Counted from the stretch's first letter, positions 16,438 through 26,814 are shown. The stretch is 64,000 nt of DNA from Gallionella sp. (GCA_028699065.1 JAQVVH010000004.1:1589-65588); one strand, 5' to 3'. Translations and numbers: made by a program. The notes: generated from the sequence alone by a model not told the origin.

Positions 16438-16958
16438 GCGAACCCGTCGAGCCGACCGACTACGCGGCCGCACCGTCATCCCTGCGCCAAGCCGCGCGGC
16501 TGGAGGACGTGCCGGAGATATACCGCAAGAAGCTGGAACGCCTCGCTGTCGAACTGGCCCTGAACATCAACGACGCCGAGGACATATTCGACCAGTACGG
16601 CTACGACGCCGACGCCGCGGCTGAACTGGTGGAGAACCCGGCGTTCGTGCTGCTCATGCAGCAGGCGCAGAAAGAAGTCTTTGAAACCGGGCTGTCCTTC
16701 CGCACTAAAGCGAAGCTCATGGCAGGCGAGCTGTTGCCATACGCACACGACATCGCCACTGACCCGCTGCAGAGCGCGGCGGTTCGGGCAACCCTGATCC
16801 AGTGGGTAACGAAGGTGGCGAACCTGGAACCAAAAGAAGCCAAGGATGACAGCAAGTCTGGCAGCGGGCTGGTTCTCAGTATCACTTTCGCAGGGCAGGC
16901 CCCACAACAAGTTGTTGCAATACCGCAGTACCAAACCATTGACCAGGAGGCATCATGA
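16434..16958 (+). CDS. Putative terminase small subunit
   Basis: 174-aa helical protein with HTH-like N-terminus and C-terminal beta-strand (LVLSITF), upstream of terL; assignment inferred. Confidence 0.45.
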   Translation: MSEPVEPTDYAAAPSSLRQAARLEDVPEIYRKKLERLAVELALNINDAEDIFDQYGYDADAAAELVENPAFVLLMQQAQKEVFETGLSFRTKAKLMAGELLPYAHDIATDPLQSAAVRATLIQWVTKVANLEPKEAKDDSKSGSGLVLSITFAGQAPQQVVAIPQYQTIDQEAS

Positions 16959-17572
16959 CATCAACCGTTACCATCAGCGCCCACTGCGGCGACGCCAAAG
17001 AAGTCCATGTAGTCGTCACCGAAGCCGGATCGCTCGTCGAGGAGTTCAACATCGCCAACGGCGAGAAAGCCGAACGCTATGCCTATGACGACCGCGTCAT
17101 CGCCGTGCGGGAAGTCGTCAAGATCGACCGTCGCGCCAAGGAGATCGAGGACGCCGAGTTCTCGCTGCGGCAGGCCACGCTGCGCTACGAGGACGCCGCC
17201 AGTCGCAGGTTCCCGCTGGGCAACGAAGCCCTGCTGAAAGCCGATGTGGTAGCGAAGCACGGCGCGCTGGACGTGCTGACCGCCCCCGCTGTGAATCTGG
17301 CGCCGGCATTCGACCCCGCCGCGCACGCGCTGATGTCCGAACCCATCCTGGCCACGCCCAGCGACGCAGGATACGAAACCAAGACCTACGCCGACGGCAC
17401 CGTTGCGACCGGCATCGGCCCCCTGCCCGATCAGTCGCCTGCCGAACAGGATGCGCTGGAACTGACCGGAACCGGCGCAGGCGAGATGTCACCCGAAGCG
17501 AAGACCTTCCTCGATTCGTTGGAGCCTGCGCCGCTCGCCGACATGGCCAACCCCGGCATGAGCGAGCACTGA
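16955..17572 (+). CDS. Hypothetical protein
   Basis: AGGAGG RBS; strong GC3 codon bias. Confidence 0.65.
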   Translation: MTSTVTISAHCGDAKEVHVVVTEAGSLVEEFNIANGEKAERYAYDDRVIAVREVVKIDRRAKEIEDAEFSLRQATLRYEDAASRRFPLGNEALLKADVVAKHGALDVLTAPAVNLAPAFDPAAHALMSEPILATPSDAGYETKTYADGTVATGIGPLPDQSPAEQDALELTGTGAGEMSPEAKTFLDSLEPAPLADMANPGMSEH

Positions 17573-17574
17573 TC

Positions 17575-17760
17575 ATGCCATGGACCCCAAAGCAGTTCCA
17601 GCAGCGGCATAACAAGAAACTCTCCCTCCCGCAGGCCAAGGCCGCTGCCGCGCAAGCGACTGCCATGATCAAGGCCGGTGTACCGGAAGGCGAAGCCATC
17701 GCGACCGCTAACAAACACGCCAAGGGGTTCGGCGCCATGGTGGGGAGGAAGAAACCATGA
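17575..17760 (+). CDS. Small protein resembling DUF2188/YdaT
   Basis: MPWT...A.A..KAG.PEGEAIATA..HAK pattern. Confidence 0.4.
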   Translation: MPWTPKQFQQRHNKKLSLPQAKAAAAQATAMIKAGVPEGEAIATANKHAKGFGAMVGRKKP

Positions 17761-18185
17761 CAGTCGTCGCCTACGACGGGCACAGCCTCGCGGCCGACAA
17801 GCAGTCGGTCTGCGGCGGCAGGTGCTCTACCACGACCAAGATCCGCAGGCTAGCTACCGGCGAGGTAGCAGCGATAACCGGCATGCAGGCGATGGGCGAG
17901 ATGCTGGTGCAATGGTATGAGGCCGGCGCCGACCCGGCAGCGTGGCCTATACCTGACAACGACGAGAACGACTGCGTCCGCCTGATCGTTGCCGACAAGG
18001 ACGGATGCAAGTTCTACGAGCATGCGATGCCCATCGCGGTCGAGGATGCGTTCGGCGCGTGGGGGTCAGGCGCGGACTTCGCGGTCATGGCGATGCACCT
18101 TGGCAAGTCGGCTCGCGAGGCGGTCGATCTGACGAGCCTGTACGCAGTCGGCTGTGGCAACGGCGTGGATTCCTTCGACCTATGA
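17757..18185 (+). CDS. Proteasome-beta/HslV-like Ntn hydrolase (paralog 2)
   Basis: MTVVAY..AADKQ, TTKIRRL, AWGSGADFA..AM..GKSAREAV motifs. Confidence 0.65.
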   Translation: MTVVAYDGHSLAADKQSVCGGRCSTTTKIRRLATGEVAAITGMQAMGEMLVQWYEAGADPAAWPIPDNDENDCVRLIVADKDGCKFYEHAMPIAVEDAFGAWGSGADFAVMAMHLGKSAREAVDLTSLYAVGCGNGVDSFDL

Positions 18186-18436
18186 ACGCCCGCGTAATCA
18201 TCCACCCACGCTGCCTCAACGGCCCGGCCGCCGGCGCCCTGGAAGCTGTACTCCAGGCCAAGGGGTTCCAGCCCGGCGAACTTGCCATCGGCCCGGCCAA
18301 CACGAAGGGGCACTGCGACCTCGTGCGGCTGATCGACAACGAGAATGGGGTTCTGACGCTGGAGCGGATGGACGGTCACCGGTTCCAGCACCGCGGGCGC
18401 AACGTCGAACTTGATCCGACACCGGAGGTCGCATGA
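18182..18436 (+). CDS. Hypothetical protein
   Basis: ATGA overlaps; start at MNARVIIHP. Confidence 0.5.
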   Translation: MNARVIIHPRCLNGPAAGALEAVLQAKGFQPGELAIGPANTKGHCDLVRLIDNENGVLTLERMDGHRFQHRGRNVELDPTPEVA

Positions 18437-18720
18437 ACCTGCGTACATGCAACCGTTGCGGATGGGTTCACATGGGCGTAACGCGACAGTTCGCGGAGGA
18501 CGCCGTTGCCGAGTTCAACACATACTTCGCGGCGCAGGTACTGAGCGTCCGCGAGATGTTCGGCAACAAACCGGCGGGCATCCACGAGTACGAGCGGTGC
18601 AACCGCTGTGGCGGCCCCCACACCGACATGCGCGACTTCACGGCGGGCGACTGCCCTGACGGCTGCACGATTGGGCCGATTATTGTGGAACTTCCTGACG
18701 CGCCGAAGGTCAACTCATAA
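18433..18720 (+). CDS. Zinc-finger protein
   Basis: Two CNRCG motifs plus DCPDGC. Confidence 0.6.
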   Translation: MNLRTCNRCGWVHMGVTRQFAEDAVAEFNTYFAAQVLSVREMFGNKPAGIHEYERCNRCGGPHTDMRDFTAGDCPDGCTIGPIIVELPDAPKVNS

Positions 18721-19442
18721 TGGAGAATCAATCCGGCATCTACGAGATCGTCAATACCGTGAACGGGAAGCGGTATATTGGGTCGGCAGTTGATCTTCGT
18801 GCGCGGTGGTGGAAGCACTGCAAGCAGCTCAAGAAGGGGGACCACCACAGCCCCAAACTACAAGCCGCGTGGAACAAGCATGGCCGCGCGGCGTTCAAGT
18901 TCCTACCCATACTGACCTGCCAGAAAAGTATGCTCCTGTTCTATGAACAGCAATTGCTCGATAAGGTGAAGCCCGAGTACAACATTGCGCTGAACGCTAC
19001 TGCTCCTATGTTGGGGCGGAAAGCCTCGGATGAAACTCGTAAGAAAATGTCGGAAGCGCAGAAAGCGCGGGTACGCGATCCGGGGACGGGGGCGAAGATT
19101 TCTGCAGCGCTTAAAGGAAATACTAATGCAAAGGGGCGCGTCCCGACAGAGGCACACCGCGCCGCGCTGTCAAAAGCAAACATGGGCAACCCGGGCACGC
19201 CAGGCAACAAGAACGGGCTTGGATATCGGCATACACAGGAAGCGAGAGAAGCGATACGCGCAGCAAGTACCGGCCGCGTCATGTCAAAAGAAGTCCGTGC
19301 AAAAATAGCGGCTGCCCAGAAGGGCAATACGCACGGCGCAGGGCGTAAATTAACGCAGGAGCATATTGACAAATTAACTGCCGCGCGCCAGCCGTATTAC
19401 GAGGCGAAGCGAGCACTCCGGCGCAAGAAGGACCAAGCATAA
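18720..19442 (+). CDS. GIY-YIG homing endonuclease with NUMOD3 repeats
   Basis: GIYEI...KRYIGSA; HS/T.E.R.K.S.A repeats; lower GC. Confidence 0.9.
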   Translation: MENQSGIYEIVNTVNGKRYIGSAVDLRARWWKHCKQLKKGDHHSPKLQAAWNKHGRAAFKFLPILTCQKSMLLFYEQQLLDKVKPEYNIALNATAPMLGRKASDETRKKMSEAQKARVRDPGTGAKISAALKGNTNAKGRVPTEAHRAALSKANMGNPGTPGNKNGLGYRHTQEAREAIRAASTGRVMSKEVRAKIAAAQKGNTHGAGRKLTQEHIDKLTAARQPYYEAKRALRRKKDQA

Positions 19443-20899
19443 TGGATTTGTCAGCAGAGTTCCCGAAGACTGTGTCAGATTATATGATGTCTGATAGCAG
19501 GCATCGTTTTATCCTCGGCCCGTTCGGCTCCGGCAAGTCCGTCGGTAGTCAGTGGGAGATCCCGCGCCGCGCGAGCATGCAGCGCCCGTCGACGATAGAC
19601 GGCAAGCGCAAGACGCGGTTTGCCGTCGTCCGGAACACGATGCCGCAGCTCCGCGACACGACCATGAAGACGTTCTTCGACTGGTTCCCGAACGGCACGC
19701 TTGGCAACTACAAGGAAACCGGCAAGACCTACTACATCAAGCAAGGTGACATCGAGTGCGAGGTCATCTTCCGTGCCCTGGACGACGCCGCCGACGTTAA
19801 GAACCTGCTGTCGCTCGAACTCACCGGCGCCTACGTGAATGAGTTCCGCGACATCCATCGCGACATCATCGAGGCGCTGGACGGCCGCGTCGGCCGGTAC
19901 CCGCGGATGAATGAAGGCGGCCCGTCATGGGTGGGCATCTGGGGCGACTCGAACATGCCCGAGGAGCAGACGTACTGGTGGGCCATGGCCGAAGGCATGA
20001 AGCCCGACGACATGAAAGTCAAGCAGCCGAACGACTGGGAGTTCTTCGTCCAGCCCGCCGGCGCGATACGGCTGCTCGACGGCACCTACACCGAGAACCC
20101 CGCCGCGGAGAACCGCGAGAACCTGCCGCCTGGCTACTACACCAACCTGATCACTGGCAAGACGGATGAATACATCCGCACCTACGTCATGTGCGAGTAC
20201 GGCCGGTCGAAGGGCGGCAAGCCTGTCCACCCCATGTTCAACCGCGACGTGCACGTGGCGAAGTCAGTCCTGATCCCGAATAAGCAGCTTCTATTACTGA
20301 TCGGTGCTGACTTCGGGCGTACCCCAGCCATGGTACTGAAACAACAGGACGCATTCGGGCGAGTGCTCACACTTGACAACATATCCACCTTCGGGATGGC
20401 CATCGAGACAGCGATAGAGACGAAGCTGCTACCGCTGCTGCGGCAGAAGTACGACGGATTTGACATTGCTGTGACTGGGGATCCGAGTGGCAACGCTGGC
20501 GGACAGGCTGAGGAGGCCAGTTGCGCTGACATATTCCGAAGGTATAGACGCAAGGGCATCAGCAAAGTGAAATTAGCATGGAGCAACAGCCCAGTTCACA
20601 GACAGGGGGCGACTGACCACTTCCTATCCATGCTTGTGCAGCGGGGGATGCCTGCATACCTCATTGACCCGAACTGCACGGACCTTATACGTGCGCTCGG
20701 TGGGGGGTACCAATTCAAGAAGACAAAAGACGGACGGAACTCAGAAGATGTCGATAAAAATGACGATTCACACCTCGGCGAAGCGAACGAATATGCCGAT
20801 ATGTGGTTTCATCGCGGCGAACGGACAAAAGCCGACCTGAAAGAACGCGGTACAACCCCAACTCCACCGAATGTCAATCCATACGCGACGCCGCGTTGA
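19442..20899 (+). CDS. terL: Terminase large subunit
   Basis: Walker A GPFGSGKS, AVVRNT, Walker B LELTGAYVNE, nuclease DFG and SH.GEA..Y motifs; upstream of portal. Confidence 0.92.
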   Translation: MDLSAEFPKTVSDYMMSDSRHRFILGPFGSGKSVGSQWEIPRRASMQRPSTIDGKRKTRFAVVRNTMPQLRDTTMKTFFDWFPNGTLGNYKETGKTYYIKQGDIECEVIFRALDDAADVKNLLSLELTGAYVNEFRDIHRDIIEALDGRVGRYPRMNEGGPSWVGIWGDSNMPEEQTYWWAMAEGMKPDDMKVKQPNDWEFFVQPAGAIRLLDGTYTENPAAENRENLPPGYYTNLITGKTDEYIRTYVMCEYGRSKGGKPVHPMFNRDVHVAKSVLIPNKQLLLLIGADFGRTPAMVLKQQDAFGRVLTLDNISTFGMAIETAIETKLLPLLRQKYDGFDIAVTGDPSGNAGGQAEEASCADIFRRYRRKGISKVKLAWSNSPVHRQGATDHFLSMLVQRGMPAYLIDPNCTDLIRALGGGYQFKKTKDGRNSEDVDKNDDSHLGEANEYADMWFHRGERTKADLKERGTTPTPPNVNPYATPR

Positions 20900-20905
20900 A
20901 CTTTT

Positions 20906-21562
20906 ATGCACCGTTTAGGTCACAACACGATGGATACTAAGACATGCTCGAAGTGCAAAGAGGCAAAGCCGTTCAGCGAGTTTTATCGCGACGCCCGTGC
21001 TGCGGACAGGCATAGAGGGCAGTGCAAAGTATGTAGCAAGGCAGACGCCGCGGAGTGGGCAAGATCGCAGCCCGATAAAGCGAAAGCGTACCATGCTGCA
21101 TGGAGGGCGGCGAACAAAGCAAAAACACGCGTCGCCTCAGCCGCGTGGCGGAAGCGGAACCCAGAAGCAGTTGCGGCACAGGGGGTAAAATGGCGCGCTG
21201 CGGATCCAGAGGGGGTAGCCCGCGCCGTGACGGAGTGGAAGAAGAAAAACCCCGAAAAGAACGCTGCGCATACCGCGCGGTGGAAGCGCGCCCACCCATC
21301 GCAGGTCAACGCGAGCAATAATGCCCGGCGGGCGGCAGAGGCAGGAAAAACTCCTGCGTGGGCAAATCAGTTTTTCATCGCTGAAGCGTATGATCTCGCG
21401 CAGCGACGCACTAAGGCTACAGGCTTCAAGTGGCACGTCGACCATATTGTCCCGTTGAAATCGAAGCTGGTTTGCGGACTCCACACAGAACACAACCTTC
21501 AAGTAATACCGGCGGCGCAGAACTGCAGCAAGAGCAACAGATACTGGCCTGATATGCCATAA
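20906..21562 (+). CDS. HNH homing endonuclease (paralog A)
   Basis: N-terminal CxxC..CxxC; WHVDHIVPL..VCGLH..NLQVIPA..N. Confidence 0.88.
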   Translation: MHRLGHNTMDTKTCSKCKEAKPFSEFYRDARAADRHRGQCKVCSKADAAEWARSQPDKAKAYHAAWRAANKAKTRVASAAWRKRNPEAVAAQGVKWRAADPEGVARAVTEWKKKNPEKNAAHTARWKRAHPSQVNASNNARRAAEAGKTPAWANQFFIAEAYDLAQRRTKATGFKWHVDHIVPLKSKLVCGLHTEHNLQVIPAAQNCSKSNRYWPDMP

Positions 21563-21573
21563 AGGAGTTTGCT

Positions 21574-23670
21574 ATGACAGACGCATCTTACGTACCCACC
21601 ATCGACGCAGCCCAGTTAGATTCATTGGGGAGGCGCCTGAGTAGCACCTTCGAAATGTATGAGTCTGACCGAAGGCCAATCGAAGACCGGTGGATGAAGA
21701 ACCTGTTCCAGGTCAGGAAGATATACGACCCCGAAGTCGCGAACATGATTCCCGCCGACCGCAGCAAAGCATACCCAGGCATGACAGCTTGGATGGTACG
21801 CGGGACGATCGCGCGTCTGATGCAGATGCTGTTCCCACAGACCGAGAAGAACTACGGCGTGCGCCCGTCGCCGCTGCCCGACCTCTCGACCGAGCAGTTA
21901 CAGCAGGTGCTCGACCGGCTTGTTCAGATGCGGGCGGAAGGCGGCGACCCGTCGCGGGTTGAACTCACCAGCGACGACATCGAGAAGGGCATCCGCGAGT
22001 TCGCCAAGGGCAAGGCTGGTGCCATGGAGGTCAAGATCGACGACGACCTTCAGGAGATGGAGTTCATCACACTGGCGCGCAAGGTTGTGCGCTCGGCGAC
22101 GATATACAACATCGGCATACTCACCGGCCCGTTCCATGAGAAGGTCAAGGCCCGAACATGGCAGCGTGACGTCAACACTGGCGCTTACAAGGCAGTCGAG
22201 GTCGACAAGTACAAGCCGCTGTTCGAGTTCCTCCCTGTGTGGAACTACTACCCCGACCTGACCGCGACGGACCTGTACAAGCAGGACGGCGAGTTCGAGC
22301 GTCACATTATGACCCGCGCTGAAGTGGAAGGGCTGGCGTCTCGCGTCGATTTCATCGCTGATCGCGTTACCAAGTACCTCGAACGCAACACCAGCGGGAA
22401 TTACAGAGCGCGCCAATGGGAATCTGTAATGAAGGGCGAGCCCAAGAGCGCGCAGGCGGCGGTGCAGGGCAAGGAGAGTCGCAAATACGAAGTCCTGTCG
22501 TACTGGGGGCACGTCACCGGCCGCGAACTGCGCAGCGCCGGCGTGAGTATCCCCGACAGTCATCTCGGCAAGTCGTTCCACGGCAACGTGTGGACAATCG
22601 ACAACGTCGTGATCAAGGCGAAGCTGGCGCCACTAGGCGACGCCGTCCGACACCACCACATCTTCGTGTTTGAAGACGACGATCTGTCCATCCTCGGTAA
22701 CGGGCTGTGTGACACCCTGCGAGACTCGCAGATGAGTCTCAACGAGACCGTGCGCGCCGCGCTGGACAACGCCAGCGTCATCGGCCCCATGGTGGAGATC
22801 AACACCGACATGCTCACGCCGGGGCAGAACCACTCGATCGGCAAGCATAAGTCATGGATGCGCGAGAGCAACGGCGGGCAGTCCGACGCTATCCCGGCGG
22901 TGCGAAACATCAGTATCGACAGTCACCTGAACGAACTACTCCCGCTGGTGCAGTTGTTCCTCAGCTTCGGCGACAAGGAGTCCGGGTTGCCGCCGGCATC
23001 GCTCGGCGACACGTCGGGCGGCGGGAGCGAGGCGCTGCGCACCCAGCGCAACGCATCCATGTTCCTCGGCGCCGCCGCGCTGCCGGTTCGCGACACCGTG
23101 CGCAACTACGACACGTTCACCATCTCGCTGATCTCGGCGCTGGTGGCATGGAACAAGAAGTACGCGCCGGACGCCAGCCGCGACGGCGACCACAACATCA
23201 TTGCCCGCGGCTCCACCAGCCTGATCGCGAAGGAAGTGCTGGCGCAGTCGCTCGCCGAGTTCAAGTTGAGCCTGACGCCCGACGAACTGCCGTACATCAA
23301 GACGCGGGCGCTGCTGATCGAACGCGCCAAGGCCAACGACATCCCCGTCGACGACCTCATGGAAGACGAGGACAAGGCCGAGCAGACCATCAAGATGAAC
23401 GCCCAGGCGCAGCAACAGATGCAGCAGGGCCAGATGGACCTCGTCGCCGCGCAGGTCAAGGAGGTACTGACTCAGGCGCTCGCCAACGAAGCCAAGGCGT
23501 CGTCGGATCAGGCCGCCGTCGGTACAACCGTACTGCAGACCATCATCGCGGCCATCAACACCGGCAACAAGAACACCGCCGACCAGGCCAAGGTAATGGT
23601 CGCGGCACACGCCGCCGACACGGCACGGCAGATAGCAGAGAAACCGGCACCGACAGGAGGCGCGAAATGA
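21574..23670 (+). CDS. Portal (head-tail connector) protein
   Basis: 698 aa after terL; helical; features typical of podovirus portals; AAGGAG RBS. Confidence 0.85.
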   Translation: MTDASYVPTIDAAQLDSLGRRLSSTFEMYESDRRPIEDRWMKNLFQVRKIYDPEVANMIPADRSKAYPGMTAWMVRGTIARLMQMLFPQTEKNYGVRPSPLPDLSTEQLQQVLDRLVQMRAEGGDPSRVELTSDDIEKGIREFAKGKAGAMEVKIDDDLQEMEFITLARKVVRSATIYNIGILTGPFHEKVKARTWQRDVNTGAYKAVEVDKYKPLFEFLPVWNYYPDLTATDLYKQDGEFERHIMTRAEVEGLASRVDFIADRVTKYLERNTSGNYRARQWESVMKGEPKSAQAAVQGKESRKYEVLSYWGHVTGRELRSAGVSIPDSHLGKSFHGNVWTIDNVVIKAKLAPLGDAVRHHHIFVFEDDDLSILGNGLCDTLRDSQMSLNETVRAALDNASVIGPMVEINTDMLTPGQNHSIGKHKSWMRESNGGQSDAIPAVRNISIDSHLNELLPLVQLFLSFGDKESGLPPASLGDTSGGGSEALRTQRNASMFLGAAALPVRDTVRNYDTFTISLISALVAWNKKYAPDASRDGDHNIIARGSTSLIAKEVLAQSLAEFKLSLTPDELPYIKTRALLIERAKANDIPVDDLMEDEDKAEQTIKMNAQAQQQMQQGQMDLVAAQVKEVLTQALANEAKASSDQAAVGTTVLQTIIAAINTGNKNTADQAKVMVAAHAADTARQIAEKPAPTGGAK

Positions 23671-23909
23671 GCATCATCAAGGCAGAACAGCACAAGACGG
23701 AACTGGACATATTCCTCTGTCGGAACGAAGGTGGGGTCCAGGCCATGAGGTCGTGGCTGTACGCGCGTCGTGACCGCATCAACACCGAATGGATCGGGAT
23801 GGTAGGTGACGACCTGATCCGCGAACAAGGCGAAGCCCGAGCCGTGGCCAAGATGATCAAACTCATCGATGACGGCCCGGCGATCAAATCAACCCAAGGA
23901 GGCAACTGA
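23667..23909 (+). CDS. Small head-module protein
   Basis: 80 aa between portal and scaffold; AGGAGG RBS; ATGA overlap. Confidence 0.6.
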   Translation: MSIIKAEQHKTELDIFLCRNEGGVQAMRSWLYARRDRINTEWIGMVGDDLIREQGEARAVAKMIKLIDDGPAIKSTQGGN

Positions 23910-23910
23910 A

Positions 23911-24654
23911 ATGCCAATCGAAAACACTGATGACGGCTTTGACGCCGCGTTCGCCGAGATCGTAACCACGATGGGGGCGGAACCTGCTGCACCCGCGACC
24001 CCACCGGAAACGCCGCCCGCGACCCCGCCTGCTGCGCCTGTCGAAACCCCCGAAGCCAAAGCCGCACGGGAGCAGTTCGAGCAGAGCATCAGCCCCTACA
24101 CTCCGACTGAGGACGAAGTCAAGGCGCTGGCGCAGTTCAAGATCGACTTCCCCAACGAAGCCCTGGCGGTCGAGGCCCGGCTGAAGTCGGTCGATCGCGA
24201 CATCAACGCCCGCGTGTATCAGGCCGTGCAGAACTACGCGACCCTCGTGGAAGGCCGCCTGGCCCCCGTCGAGAAGACAGTCACGGCGACGGCGATCGAG
24301 GCTCACGTCACTGCACTCCACGCCGCGCACGCCGACTACGACGCCGTGATCACGAAGGTACCCGACTGGATCAAGACGCTGCCTTCCTACGCGCAGGCCG
24401 GCGCACAGGCGGTGTATGACCAGGGCTCGACGCAGGACGTGATCGCGCTGGTGAATGACTACAAGAAGGCGAACCCTGTCGCGGCACCCACTGCACCTGC
24501 CGCGCCAGCAGCGCCTGCGGCCAAACCGACACCCTCCGGCGCCGACGATCTGACTCCGGTCAGCTCCCGCCGCGTCGCCGTGACGCCGACTGGCACCCCC
24601 GATCCTAATGATTTTGACGCCGCGTGGGCCGAGGTGTCTGCTTCCCTGAAGTGA
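23911..24654 (+). CDS. Putative capsid scaffolding protein
   Basis: Pro/Ala-rich linkers, coiled coil, F DAA(F/W)AE motif at both ends; position before the MCP. Confidence 0.65.
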   Translation: MPIENTDDGFDAAFAEIVTTMGAEPAAPATPPETPPATPPAAPVETPEAKAAREQFEQSISPYTPTEDEVKALAQFKIDFPNEALAVEARLKSVDRDINARVYQAVQNYATLVEGRLAPVEKTVTATAIEAHVTALHAAHADYDAVITKVPDWIKTLPSYAQAGAQAVYDQGSTQDVIALVNDYKKANPVAAPTAPAAPAAPAAKPTPSGADDLTPVSSRRVAVTPTGTPDPNDFDAAWAEVSASLK

Positions 24655-24659
24655 ACAAC

Positions 24660-24688
24660 TTGCACAATAATCAAAGATGTGCCAGAAT
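24660..24688 (+). promoter_or_regulatory. Possible promoter
   Basis: TTGCAC-17 bp-CAGAAT with extended -10 TG in an AT-rich gap. Confidence 0.4.
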
Positions 24689-24746
24689 AATTCTATGGGT
24701 AGCCATACGTCGACGCACAACCTAACCTGAATTCAAGGGGAACACC

Positions 24747-25718
24747 ATGAGCATGCTGAACCGAATTGCCGTTGCCGCGTCGATCGCTGACTTCGCCGTC
24801 AAAAAGTTTTTCTTCGACCTGTTGAAGGTCGATACCGTCGCCGCCACTGGCTCGCTGATCAGCGACGCCGCGGTTCTGAGCAACGGCCGCAACGTCGTTA
24901 CCGCCGCCAACGGCACGAAGGCGGTCCGCCTGCCGAAGGCCGACCCGGACAGCAAAGTCGAGGTCGTCAATACCTCGGCGACCCAGGCGCTGATCGTGTT
25001 CCCTGAACTCGCCGCCGACCAGATCAACGCGATCACCGCCGGCTCGGCACTCACCCTGCCGGGCGGAGCCAGCGCGTCGTTCTATTGCGACACCAACGGC
25101 CACTGGTATGCAGCGGTCGCGACAGCCTCCACGGCTGACACCGCCGAACTGGCGTACATCGACATCGCCACCTTGGGGACATTGGCGGCCAGCAAGGCCT
25201 GGACTTCTGACGCGAATTTGGACACCGTCATGCCGACCGGTGGCCTGCTGACGGTGCAGTCGGGCGGCGGCATCACTTTGAGTTCCGGAAGCACGGCGAC
25301 CCTCAGTGGCGCTGTCGTACAGGCCCCTGTCTTCGTCGCTGACGCCACCCCCTACACTGTCCTGGCGGCCAACAGCGGCAAGCTCCACGTCATTCTCGAA
25401 CAGACGAGCAGCATCACCCTCAACCTCCCGGTTATCGCCGCAGGCCTGAGCTACAAGTTCATCATGGGCGGCGTCGCTACCGAAGCCCAGAACTGGGTCA
25501 TTGTCGCAACGACTCCGTCATTCTTCAACGGCGGCGTGACGTGGGATGACTCGAACGCCGTAGCCTCGCCGGTCCCTGTTTATGGCAACGGTACGTCGCA
25601 TCTGACGCTGACCGTCACCACACCTGAAGCCGGCACCGAGATCGAAATTTACAGTAACGGCACCGAATGGTTCGTCCATGGCCCGGTCTTTTCCGCCGCC
25701 ACGCCGGCCTTCTCGTAA
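24747..25718 (+). CDS. Putative head decoration/fibre protein
   Basis: Beta-rich, Ala/Thr-rich; two T.LP.A..G-type units; lies between scaffold and MCP. Confidence 0.5.
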   Translation: MSMLNRIAVAASIADFAVKKFFFDLLKVDTVAATGSLISDAAVLSNGRNVVTAANGTKAVRLPKADPDSKVEVVNTSATQALIVFPELAADQINAITAGSALTLPGGASASFYCDTNGHWYAAVATASTADTAELAYIDIATLGTLAASKAWTSDANLDTVMPTGGLLTVQSGGGITLSSGSTATLSGAVVQAPVFVADATPYTVLAANSGKLHVILEQTSSITLNLPVIAAGLSYKFIMGGVATEAQNWVIVATTPSFFNGGVTWDDSNAVASPVPVYGNGTSHLTLTVTTPEAGTEIEIYSNGTEWFVHGPVFSAATPAFS

Positions 25719-25804
25719 GAACGCACGACAAGATTGACATCGATTCCAAAGGTGAGTCGATACTAGAAACATGAAGAATAACTAACTCACCGAAAGGAAA
25801 TATC

Positions 25805-26806
25805 ATGACTGTCAGTGTACAAACTTATGGCGATATAAGCCCAAGAACCGCAGCGTATGCGATTGCCCCGCTGCTGAAACGCCACGACGCCGAAATGATT
25901 CTGGAGAAGTTCGGCCAAACCTTCCCGCTGCCCACCAAGTCGTCCATCGTCGCCAAGTTCCGCCGGTATGAAGCCCTGCCGCTAGCCACCACGGCCCTCG
26001 TTGAAGGCGTGACGCCGTCTGGCACCAAGCCGACCATCACCGACTACACCGCCACCCTGGAAGAGTTCGGCGACTTCATCCCGTACTCCGGCTTCATGCT
26101 GGATACCCACGAAGACCCGATCCTCAAGGAGTACGGCTCCCTGTGCGTGCAGCAGGCCGCGGAAACCATTGAGACCCTGCGCTGGAACAAGATCAAGGCC
26201 GGCTCGCAGGTCGGCTACGCCAACGGCGGCATCACCACGGTTAACACGGTGATCACCCTGGCCGCGCAGCGCACCGCAACCGCCGCCCTGCTCCGCCAGC
26301 GCGCGCACTACCTCAACGAGGTCGTGTCGTCCAGCCCGGACTTCCGCACGGAACCCGTCGAGGCCGGATTCGTTGCCATCCATCACCCCGACGTGACCAA
26401 CGACATCCGCAACATGCAAGGCTTCATTCCGGCCAAGCAGTACGCGGGTCAGACCAAGCTGTTCCCCGGCGAGGTCGGAGCTGTCGAGGACGTGCGGTAC
26501 TGCCGTAGCGTGCTCTTCACCCCATATCTGGGTGCCAGCGGCACGTATGGCGGCGCCTCGACCACGATGCGCAACACCGGCGGCTACGCGGACGTGTATC
26601 CGGTCATCTACATCTCGAAGGACGCCTACGGCATCGTGCCGCTCAAGGGCTCCAACGCGATGTCGCTGATCGCCCACAACCCGGGCTCGTCCGGCACCAG
26701 CGACCCGCTGAACCAGCGCGGCACGCTTGGCTGGAAGGCCGCGCAGACTTCGTTGATTCTTAACGACTTGTGGCTCTACAGGCTTATGTGCGCAGTCACG
26801 CTGTAA
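25805..26806 (+). CDS. Major capsid protein, N4-gp56 family
   Basis: YGDISPRTAAYA N-terminus, L.EGVTP, GEVG.VEDVR, DPLNQRGT.GWK motifs. Confidence 0.9.
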   Translation: MTVSVQTYGDISPRTAAYAIAPLLKRHDAEMILEKFGQTFPLPTKSSIVAKFRRYEALPLATTALVEGVTPSGTKPTITDYTATLEEFGDFIPYSGFMLDTHEDPILKEYGSLCVQQAAETIETLRWNKIKAGSQVGYANGGITTVNTVITLAAQRTATAALLRQRAHYLNEVVSSSPDFRTEPVEAGFVAIHHPDVTNDIRNMQGFIPAKQYAGQTKLFPGEVGAVEDVRYCRSVLFTPYLGASGTYGGASTTMRNTGGYADVYPVIYISKDAYGIVPLKGSNAMSLIAHNPGSSGTSDPLNQRGTLGWKAAQTSLILNDLWLYRLMCAVTL

Positions 26807-26814
26807 TCAACCCG

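Noticed and set aside
25734-25764. Sigma70 promoter before the MCP gene
   Set aside because: TTGACA is present but the best -10 (GATACT) is 19 bp away, which is too weak to call without data
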